Virus record (IMG/VR): IMGVR_UViG_3300045988_101895
Direction: 5' to 3' (one strand)
Source of the DNA: a virus
DNA length: 39,041 nucleotides
In this document: one piece after another, positions 5,206-11,662 of the stretch
How positions within the stretch are numbered: position 1 is the stretch's first letter
How the letters are laid out: each line of letters begins with the position of its first letter
Position numbers and translations under genes: made by a program
Notes under the pieces: generated by a model
What the model was told of the DNA's origin: nothing
What the model saw: only the letters and a program-made list of their open reading frames with translations
Database searches by the model: none

Positions 5206-5318
5206 CGGCCCACCTCCGCCCGGTACATCATCCGCACGACGCGGTAGATCTTCCGCAGGATCTCCGGCGTGCGGATCTCCTTCACCATCCGCAGGATCTC
5301 CTCCTGATAATTTGTCAT
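5202..5318 (-). CDS. small hypothetical protein (38 aa)
   Basis: Not in the track. ATG 5318 follows GGACGGAGGAATCAC. Translation: MTNYQEEILRMVKEIRTPEILRKIYRVVRMMYRAEVGR. Confidence 0.45.
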   Translation of the reverse strand: MTNYQEEILRMVKEIRTPEILRKIYRVVRMMYRAEVGR

Positions 5319-5340
5319 GTGATTCCTCCGTCCTTTCCTC

Positions 5341-5369
5341 TTGTCTTTTCGGGCGAGCCGTCCTATAAT
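5341..5369 (+). promoter_or_regulatory. rightward promoter for the HTH-TM/integrase operon, TTGTCT-17 bp-TATAAT
   Basis: -35 at 5341-5346 and -10 at 5364-5369. This leaves a ~120-nt leader containing the 16-bp palindrome at 5397-5412. Confidence 0.55.
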
Positions 5370-5396
5370 GGAGCCAGTGCAAGCGCTGGCCGTTGC

Positions 5397-5412
5397 TGAT
5401 ACTGGTGTATCA
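5397..5412. promoter_or_regulatory. 16-bp palindrome TGATACTGGTGTATCA (operator or recombination-site candidate)
   Basis: Perfect 6-bp arms TGATAC/GTATCA with a 4-bp spacer, in the divergent intergenic region of the lysogeny module. Confidence 0.4.
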
Positions 5413-5495
5413 CGTCGTTATGCGCGGACGCAATCCCATCTTTCTGGCGGTCGCCAGCGTTCGACAAATTTTTCTAGGGGAAAGAGGACAGAAAC

Positions 5496-6056
5496 ATGGA
5501 CAAAACCGAACAGGATCCTATGCAGCCGTATGATATGGACGCGCTCCGGGAGCACGTCAGGGCGGAAATGGCCCGGCAGGGCATATCCTCCCAAAAACTG
5601 GCTGATCTGACCATAAACTCGAAAGGCACCATCGACAACTTTTTGAATACTTCGACGGTTCCCGCCTTTGACCGGGTCTTCTCGATCTGTTCGGCGCTGG
5701 GTATTCCGCTGGATCCTCCGCCGGAGGAAGTGGAGGATCCCCAGCCCGAGCCCAGCTATGGCAGCGAGTACGTCCCCGACATGAAGGCCGCCCACCGTCG
5801 TGAAATGGAAGTAATGGAACGGAATGCCGCCGTCACGCTGGAAAACCTGAAAGAGGCCCACGCCGCGGAGATCGAGGCGCGGGAGCAGCACCTCCGCGCC
5901 GAAGTAAAGCAAATGCGCGTCTGGCGCGTGGTGGCGCTGGCCTTGCTTGTGATCTTGGTCGTCATCTGTCTATGGTTTGCTTGGGACGTGACCGGCGGGG
6001 ATCGTGGATTGATCCGCTACGGCCACGCGGCGATCGGCTCGCCGGTCAGAGGGTGA
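5496..6056 (+). CDS. membrane-anchored HTH (XRE-like) protein
   Basis: N-terminal MARQGISSQKLADLTINSKGTIDNFLN looks like an HTH. This is followed by a Pro/Glu linker, a helical region, then the TM segment VWRVVALALLVILVVICLWFAW. The gene stops 4 nt before the integrase ATG. Confidence 0.6.
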   Translation: MDKTEQDPMQPYDMDALREHVRAEMARQGISSQKLADLTINSKGTIDNFLNTSTVPAFDRVFSICSALGIPLDPPPEEVEDPQPEPSYGSEYVPDMKAAHRREMEVMERNAAVTLENLKEAHAAEIEAREQHLRAEVKQMRVWRVVALALLVILVVICLWFAWDVTGGDRGLIRYGHAAIGSPVRG

Positions 6057-6060
6057 GCGT

Positions 6061-7623
6061 ATGAAAGCTGTTATCTACGCCCGTTACTCCTCGGAGAAGC
6101 AGCAGGAGATCAGCATCGAGGGGCAGCTCCGGGTCTGTCAGGAGTTCGCGGCACGGGAGGGCTACGAGGTCGTGGACACGTACACCGACCGCGCCCTGTC
6201 CGCCAGCCGGGACGTGGAGCGCCGGGAGGATTTCCAGCGGATGATCCGGGACAGCAGCCGCCGGGGCTTTGACGTGGTCATCGTCTACAAGTTCAGCCGA
6301 TTCGCCCGGAATCGGTACGACAGTGCCGTCTACAAGGCCCGACTCCGGCAGAACGGCGTGAAGGTGGTCAGCGCGTGCGAGCCCATCAGCGCCAACCCGG
6401 AGGGCGCGCTGATCGAGGGCATTTTTGAGAGCCTCGACGAGTTCTATAGCAAGTCGTTGGCACAGGACGTGACGAGAGGAATGCACGAGAACGCCACCAA
6501 GGCCCTGTCCACCGGCGGCACCATCCCGCTTGGCTATGTGTCCGTTGATAAGCGGCTACAGATCGACCCGGCCACCGCGCCCGCCGTCCGGCTGGCCTTT
6601 GAGCGCTACGCCGATGGCATGAGCCTCGCCCGGATCGCGGACGAGCTGAACGCGCAGGGCTATCGCACCCGGGCCGGGAAGGCGTTCAACCGCTCGTCCT
6701 TTAACGCCCTGCTATCCAACAGGAAGTACATCGGCACCTATCATTATAATGGCGAGGTGGAGCTGGTGGGGCAAGTCCCGCCCATCGTCGACCCCGGCAC
6801 CTTCCGCCGTGTACAGGAGCGGCTCCGCAAAAACACGACGGCCCCCGGGCGCACCAAGGCCACGATCAATTACCTCCTGAGCACGAAGCTCTACTGTGGC
6901 GCGTGCGGCAAGCCCATGGCGGGGGAGAGCGGCCACAACCACTCCGGGACGCGGTACTACTACTACGCGTGCAGCGGGCGCAAGCGCCGCCTCGGGTGCA
7001 AGATGCCCACCCTCCGCAAGGACGACTTGGAGCGGCTGGTGGTGGAGCACGCCCGGGCGCTGTTAAGCCCGGGCAACATCAAGGCACTGGCCCACGCCGC
7101 CGCGGCTGAATATCAGCGTCAGGCCGAGGACGACAGCGCCGCCGTGTCCCTCCGCCGCCAGTTGGACGAGGTGACGCGCTCGCTGGACAACCTCCTGCGC
7201 ATGGTGGAGCAGGGCGCGGTCTCCGCCACGCTGGTGGGGCGCATCAACGAGCTGGAGGGGCGCAAAGCCAGCATCGCCGCCGAGCTGGCCGATGAGCAGC
7301 GCGGCGCGCCCGAGCTGACGGAGGTGGATATCCTGCGGTGGTTATCCTGTTTTGCGGATGGGTGTTTGGAGGATGAGGACTATATGCGGAATGTCATTGA
7401 TATGCTGGTGAATAAGATCGTGGTACAACAAAACCCGAACCAGAAGGTCTCTATCCTCGTGGCCTACAATCTGGCGGGCCGTGGGGATGAGATTTCTGGT
7501 TCGGGTTTGGTGGATGTGGTACACCAAGCCCGGCATAATCCGAACCTTTGCACCAGAGCAACGGAGTCTTGCATGACTTTCCTATTATATCATGGATGCG
7601 CGATATTTCAACTGGCGTCGTAA
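6061..7623 (+). CDS. int: large serine recombinase (phage integrase)
   Basis: MKAVIYARYSSEKQQEISIEGQ carries the catalytic Ser motif of the resolvase domain. It is followed by a recombinase domain, a zinc ribbon (CGACGKPM...YYYYACSGRKRRLGC) and a coiled coil. Length is 520 aa. Confidence 0.9.
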   Translation: MKAVIYARYSSEKQQEISIEGQLRVCQEFAAREGYEVVDTYTDRALSASRDVERREDFQRMIRDSSRRGFDVVIVYKFSRFARNRYDSAVYKARLRQNGVKVVSACEPISANPEGALIEGIFESLDEFYSKSLAQDVTRGMHENATKALSTGGTIPLGYVSVDKRLQIDPATAPAVRLAFERYADGMSLARIADELNAQGYRTRAGKAFNRSSFNALLSNRKYIGTYHYNGEVELVGQVPPIVDPGTFRRVQERLRKNTTAPGRTKATINYLLSTKLYCGACGKPMAGESGHNHSGTRYYYYACSGRKRRLGCKMPTLRKDDLERLVVEHARALLSPGNIKALAHAAAAEYQRQAEDDSAAVSLRRQLDEVTRSLDNLLRMVEQGAVSATLVGRINELEGRKASIAAELADEQRGAPELTEVDILRWLSCFADGCLEDEDYMRNVIDMLVNKIVVQQNPNQKVSILVAYNLAGRGDEISGSGLVDVVHQARHNPNLCTRATESCMTFLLYHGCAIFQLAS

Positions 7624-7651
7624 AAATTCCCCCTGCCGATGTGGCAGGGGG
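7621..7651. terminator. hairpin terminator between the convergent integrase and 7657..8322 genes
   Basis: CCCCCTGCC-GATGT-GGCAGGGGG. On the minus strand it is followed by AATTTTTA. Confidence 0.65.
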
Positions 7652-7656
7652 TCTTG

Positions 7657-8322
7657 CTATTTGCGGACGATATAGCGCAGATAGCGCTCGACCTTGTCCG
7701 GCTGTGCGTCCGAGTCTCGGATGAAGTCGGCGGCCATATCGGCGTAGAAATCCGGGCTGTGGATGCCGTAGCGCTTTGCCGTGGCGGCGTAATCGCTGTA
7801 CATGGCGTTGGCCACCGCGTAGAAGGCCCAGAACTCCGGGCCGTCGGTGGGAAAGCCCTCCTTTTGCGCCAGAGGTTTCAGCGCTTCGGGCGACCACTTG
7901 CCGCCGCGGGGATGGTTGGGATCCGTCCCCTCCATGCTCTGCACCCAGCGCATGGCCGACTCTTGGTCGATCTCGCCGGTTTCTTCCTCCGCCGCTGTGG
8001 GGGAGTCCATCCAGACCGTGCCGGTGGCCTTGATAGCCGTTGGCTTGTGATCGTCCGCGCGAATCATGCCGCCGTCGTAGTGGGCGGCTCCGAATCCGAG
8101 GCGGCCTCCGTCATAGAGACCCGCCCGTGGCGGCTCCGTGTAGTCCGGCTGATGCCGATAGGGATCCGCCGTCATGCGGCGCTCCATCGGGTAGCCGTAG
8201 GCCTCCGTGCGCCGCTCTTCCGGCCAGTCGCGTTCCCTCCGTCTGCGAGTCTCCTCCGGGCGGCGTTCCTCCTCTCCCTCCTCGCGGGGGCGGGTGAGCA
8301 TCCTCATGGTGATACCATTCAC
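7657..8322 (-). CDS. hypothetical protein (221 aa), last gene of the accessory cassette
   Basis: GTG start at 8322, preceded by AGGAGGTGGCACGAC, forming a GTGA overlap with the upstream stop. The N-terminus is R/E-rich and the C-terminus (GPEFWAFYAVANAMYSDYAATAKRYGIHSPDFYADMAADFIRD) looks globular. Confidence 0.55.
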   Translation of the reverse strand: MNGITMRMLTRPREEGEEERRPEETRRRRERDWPEERRTEAYGYPMERRMTADPYRHQPDYTEPPRAGLYDGGRLGFGAAHYDGGMIRADDHKPTAIKATGTVWMDSPTAAEEETGEIDQESAMRWVQSMEGTDPNHPRGGKWSPEALKPLAQKEGFPTDGPEFWAFYAVANAMYSDYAATAKRYGIHSPDFYADMAADFIRDSDAQPDKVERYLRYIVRK

Positions 8323-8726
8323 GTCGTGCCACCTCCTGCCTCAGTGGCGGGAGCCGTCCCGTTGATGGACTCAAGGGCGTTGTTCGGCGCGCAAGCCGGG
8401 CGGCCCAGCAAGCGGAACGTCCCGCCGGTGGCCGTGGTGACGACGACGGTAGAGTACTTGGTGCGCGTGCGGATGCCGCAGGCCGTTACCTGTGCGCAGT
8501 TGCACTTTGTCAGCGGGTACTGGGCCGTCCCCGTGCCGATGGTGACGACTACGGGCGCGTTGATGGTGGCGGTGTCCGGGATGGACTGAGCCACAACGAT
8601 ACAGTACTTCTGACCGTCTCTGTAGTTCCCCGCCGGGAGGTTGATGGTCAGCGTCCCGCCCGCGAAGGTGACCGCCTGAGAGATCACCAGCCGGTCACAG
8701 AGCCGACAAACAGTTTTACAGGCCAT
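8319..8726 (-). CDS. hypothetical Cys-containing beta-rich protein (135 aa)
   Basis: The start MACKTVCRLCDRLVISQAVTFAGGTLTINLPAG is chosen for its spacing from AAAGGAA. ATG 8735 is an alternative. The protein is T/V/A-rich. Confidence 0.5.
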   Translation of the reverse strand: MACKTVCRLCDRLVISQAVTFAGGTLTINLPAGNYRDGQKYCIVVAQSIPDTATINAPVVVTIGTGTAQYPLTKCNCAQVTACGIRTRTKYSTVVVTTATGGTFRLLGRPACAPNNALESINGTAPATEAGGGTT

Positions 8727-8745
8727 GATGTTCATTCCTTTCTCA

Positions 8746-8767
8746 GGGGCGGGATTACTCCCGCCCC
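8746..8767 (-). other. strong intercistronic hairpin GGGGCGGGA-GTAA-TCCCGCCCC
   Basis: A 9-bp GC stem between the 242-aa and 135-aa genes. No U-run follows, so it is more likely an attenuator or processing/stability element than a terminator. Confidence 0.5.
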
Positions 8768-8788
8768 GAATTGTCACCCTTACGGGGA

Positions 8789-9517
8789 TCAGCAGCAGCC
8801 GCAGCCGTTATAGCCCGAGTTACAGCCGCAGCCGGCCACGCGGTTGATGATCCGGTTGGTCTCCTGGCTCATCACGCCCGCCAGATAGTTGTTCTGGTTG
8901 GCCTGACTGGCCGCCAGCTTGAGAGACTGGTTCTCGTCCTGTAGGGTCGCCAGCTTGTCCTGCGTCAGGAAATCCAGCACGGCGCGGGTACCGGCGTTCT
9001 GCGCGTCGATGATATCCCGGGCCGCCGTCTGGACGGTGTTGCGGGTGTCGCACGCCTGCGTCGCCATGTTGTAGTTGATGTCCGCGAAGCCCCGCTCCAT
9101 CTGGCGCTGGGTCTCACAGCAGCACTGCTGATTGGCCGCGCCCATGGTGTAGAGCTGGTGCATGAGGGCCGCCTGCTGGTTGGAACGAGAAAGCTCCGCC
9201 TGAGCAAAGCCGTTGGCCATGCTTTGCTGAACACCGTTTACCAGCTGAGCCTGAGCATAGAGGCCGTCGCAGAGTCCGTTGTTGACTCCGTCGATCTTCC
9301 GTTCGATGTTTGCAAAGTCGCTGGTGAGGACGTAGCCGTCCATCGCCGAGCCCTGTCCGCCCCGGTTACCGCCGAAGCCGCCGTTACCCCAGCCAAACAG
9401 CAGGGCAAAGACCACGATGATCCAGAGCCAGTTTCCATCGCCGAACATCCCGTTGGAGTTGTTTCGGCCCTCGCTTACGCCTACCGCGTAGCCGCTGGAA
9501 AAATCATTATCCGCCAT
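8789..9517 (-). CDS. hypothetical membrane protein, Q/N-rich helical region, Cys-rich C-terminus
   Basis: RBS AAGGAGCGATAACACT. TM segment WLWIIVVFALLFGW is followed by GNGGFGGNRGG. It contains an internal CCC triplet and the C-terminus GCGCNSGYNGCGCC. Confidence 0.6.
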   Translation of the reverse strand: MADNDFSSGYAVGVSEGRNNSNGMFGDGNWLWIIVVFALLFGWGNGGFGGNRGGQGSAMDGYVLTSDFANIERKIDGVNNGLCDGLYAQAQLVNGVQQSMANGFAQAELSRSNQQAALMHQLYTMGAANQQCCCETQRQMERGFADINYNMATQACDTRNTVQTAARDIIDAQNAGTRAVLDFLTQDKLATLQDENQSLKLAASQANQNNYLAGVMSQETNRIINRVAGCGCNSGYNGCGCC

Positions 9518-9575
9518 AGTGTTATCGCTCCTTATCTTATATTCGCAGCGCGGGCCGCGCGCTCCCGCGGGTGCT

Positions 9576-9797
9576 TCATGATCTGATACCCAGACCCCGG
9601 AGGATCGCCTCCGGGCTCGTCCCCCGCTCCCGGGCCATGTTCTCCGCCATCCGGCGCAGCTGGTCGGGAGTCTTACCCTGTACCATTTTGAGGGCTTGGG
9701 CCATCATGGGGTCATTCCCGGCCAGCTGGCTGAGGATCTGGATGGGGTCGCCGCCGCCCTGTGCGGCCTGCAAAAGCATCATGATGGGGTTATTCAT
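9576..9797 (-). CDS. hypothetical small helical protein (73 aa)
   Basis: MNNPIMMLLQAAQGGGDPIQILSQLAGNDPMMAQALKMVQGKTPDQLRRMAENMARERG. Its start overlaps the upstream stop by 8 nt. Confidence 0.55.
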   Translation of the reverse strand: MNNPIMMLLQAAQGGGDPIQILSQLAGNDPMMAQALKMVQGKTPDQLRRMAENMARERGTSPEAILRGLGIRS

Positions 9798-10212
9798 CCG
9801 TCGCCGCCTCCTTCTGAGCGCGGCGGCGCGTCTTGAGCGCGTCGATCTGGCCCGTCAGCTCCGCCACCTGATCCCGCAGGGCCTTCACGTCGCTCTCCAG
9901 CGCGTAGGCCTCCGGGGCCTCTGTTTTGGGCTCTGGCCGGGCGACCCGCCGGTACTCCGCAAAATCGGTCTGGCCCGTCTGGCTGTTAAACAGCTTGGTG
10001 TAGATCGCGCCGTGGCTCACGTCCGGGAAGATCATCAATCCGCCCATGAAATCCACCGGCACGCCCAGCGCCTCCTCCCGGCTGGTGACCATGCGCCCGC
10101 TGAGGCCGCTCTGGGCCTGTTGGGCGGGCTGATAGGCGGGCTGTTGATACGCCGCCTGATACATGGGCGGCTGGTAGGTCTGTGGCATTTGGTAGGGTGG
10201 GAAATTCGCCAT
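9790..10212 (-). CDS. hypothetical protein with P/Q/Y-rich N-terminus and C-terminal coiled coil
   Basis: Track ORF 9790..10314. The start MANFPPYQMPQTYQPPMYQAAYQQPAYQPAQQ at 10212 follows GAAGGGAGCGTGAAAAC. Confidence 0.55.
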   Translation of the reverse strand: MANFPPYQMPQTYQPPMYQAAYQQPAYQPAQQAQSGLSGRMVTSREEALGVPVDFMGGLMIFPDVSHGAIYTKLFNSQTGQTDFAEYRRVARPEPKTEAPEAYALESDVKALRDQVAELTGQIDALKTRRRAQKEAATDE

Positions 10213-10277
10213 GTTTTCACGCTCCCTTCTGGGGATATCTTCCCACAGAAGGGGAGAGAGCGCCATGAAAGGAAGGG

Positions 10278-10308
10278 GCAAATTTCGGGCAAGCCCGCCG
10301 CAAATTTC
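10278..10308. promoter_or_regulatory. two 9-bp direct repeats GCAAATTTC flanking a small hairpin
   Basis: The repeats are at 10278-10286 and 10300-10308, 22 bp start to start, around GGGC-AA-GCCC. They lie upstream of the minus-strand cassette. Confidence 0.35.
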
Positions 10309-10332
10309 ATGCAACTTTTTTCAAAAAAAGTG

Positions 10333-10361
10333 TTGACATAATACGCAATGCGTATTATAAT
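10333..10361 (+). promoter_or_regulatory. perfect consensus promoter TTGACA-17 bp-TATAAT containing a 21-bp palindromic operator
   Basis: -35 at 10333-10338 and -10 at 10356-10361. The palindrome ATAATACGCA-A-TGCGTATTAT spans 10338-10358. The leader CACGTAATCAAGAG at 10365-10378 is identical to 3877..3864. Confidence 0.8.
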
Positions 10362-10422
10362 AAGCACGTAATCAAGAGGGGCCGCAGGCGGGGAAAGCCG
10401 CCGGGCATAGGAGATAGAGACC

Positions 10423-10695
10423 ATGGATAGCAAGATCACCACCAACATCAACCGCAACTACTACATCATCGGCGGACAGTATGAGACCTGCTGCTACGGA
10501 GCCAGCGATACCCTCCGCGGCGCTAAGTGCATCGCCACCCGCAACCGCGAATACTGGGATAACTGGCAGGGCTGGCACAAGCCCAACATCTACAAGGCGG
10601 ACGACGTGCAAGTCATCATCAGCCGCGGCCGCATCACCACGCCGGACGGCTGGGAAGTCATCGTACCCAAGCCCGACGCCGTGCCGGTCTGCTGA
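10423..10695 (+). CDS. hypothetical protein (90 aa)
   Basis: RBS GGAGATAGAGACC. Translation begins MDSKITTNINRNYYIIGGQYETCCYGASDTLRGAKCIATRNREYWDNWQGW. It is the first gene of the plus-strand block. Confidence 0.6.
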   Translation: MDSKITTNINRNYYIIGGQYETCCYGASDTLRGAKCIATRNREYWDNWQGWHKPNIYKADDVQVIISRGRITTPDGWEVIVPKPDAVPVC

Positions 10696-10834
10696 CCATA
10701 CCACAAGCCCCCGCCGGACGGGCCAAAGCCCGGCAAAAAAGGCGAAACGATCGCCGACAGCGTCACGGCCAATGGAAATGTCCGATATTATGTCGAAGAA
10801 TCCTACAATCAGCCGCCAAATCTGATGAACCATC

Positions 10835-10862
10835 TGGAAACACGGAAACTCCATGCTATAAT
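10835..10862 (+). promoter_or_regulatory. possible internal promoter with extended -10 (TGcTATAAT)
   Basis: TG at 10854-10855 and TATAAT at 10857-10862. The -35 (TGGAAA) is weak. Confidence 0.35.
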
Positions 10863-10887
10863 GTACTCACTGGAAGGGAGATATACT

Positions 10888-11061
10888 ATGAGCCCGAACG
10901 ATCTGATAAAAGCCGCGGTAGCCGTGGCACAGCAAAACGGCGCAACCGGCGAACAGGTTGCACAAGTGGAAATCGCCATCCAATATCTGACTAACCCGGA
11001 CTTCCGCGCAGCGTTAGAGGATTATGTCTTCCACGCAACTTATCAACCCAAAACCATCTAA
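10888..11061 (+). CDS. hypothetical small protein (57 aa)
   Basis: Track ORF 10825..11061. The start MSPNDLIKAAVAVAQ follows GGAAGGGAGATATACT. Confidence 0.5.
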   Translation: MSPNDLIKAAVAVAQQNGATGEQVAQVEIAIQYLTNPDFRAALEDYVFHATYQPKTI

Positions 11062-11087
11062 CACACAGCAAAAAGGAGGAAGTAAAA

Positions 11088-11357
11088 ATGACTTACAATC
11101 ATTACCCGCAGAATCTCTGGACTCCCGATGATGTTAAAGATATGGTCAACGATTGGCTGCTGGAGAATAATGACGAGATAACCGATCTCGTCATTGATGG
11201 CGAGCCGTATTACGAGCCTGACAGCTGGCAGCCGGACGGGGATCCGCATTGCGAGCATGGATGCTGGCAGCAGGACGACCATGATGACAAGTGTCGTTAC
11301 ACGCTTGTTGCCGACGCTGATGGCAACATTCAAATATATTACGGTGCTACATTGTGA
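11088..11357 (+). CDS. hypothetical strongly acidic protein (89 aa)
   Basis: RBS AAAAGGAGGAAGTAAAA. The protein is D/E-rich (DDVKDMVNDWLLENNDEITDLVIDGEPYYEPDSWQPDGDPHCEHGCWQQDDHDD). This stretch is visibly AT-richer than its flanks. Confidence 0.6.
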   Translation: MTYNHYPQNLWTPDDVKDMVNDWLLENNDEITDLVIDGEPYYEPDSWQPDGDPHCEHGCWQQDDHDDKCRYTLVADADGNIQIYYGATL

Positions 11358-11400
11358 TGAGGTTCCGCCCCGAAGGTCACGAGGGCAGAAGGAGGACACG

Positions 11401-11649
11401 ATGGGAACCAACGCGACAAAAGAAACACTGACCCGGGAGGCATGGGAAGCACTTACCGCCGGGGAGCGTCGAAGTGTGCTGAAGGTCGAGCAGGCCAAGG
11501 AATACAGCGGCCTGCGTGCCTATCCCACCACCTGCCGCCGGGTGATGGAGCGTATCCCGGAGGACTGGTGGGGCAGGTACACCGCCGAGCACATCGGCCA
11601 GGTCATGCGGCTGCTTCATCAGGCCTATTCCGACGGCAAAAACGATTAA
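11401..11649 (+). CDS. hypothetical protein (82 aa)
   Basis: The start MGTNATKETLTREAWEALTAGERRSVLK follows GAAGGAGGACACG. Confidence 0.6.
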   Translation: MGTNATKETLTREAWEALTAGERRSVLKVEQAKEYSGLRAYPTTCRRVMERIPEDWWGRYTAEHIGQVMRLLHQAYSDGKND

Positions 11650-11662
11650 GGAGGACTGACCC

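Noticed and set aside
7629-7651. The inverted repeat downstream of int as the attP core.
   Set aside because: It is a GC-rich perfect 9-bp stem with a flanking T-run on the minus strand. That is the signature of an intrinsic terminator between convergent genes, not the imperfect 40-50 bp attP of serine integrases.
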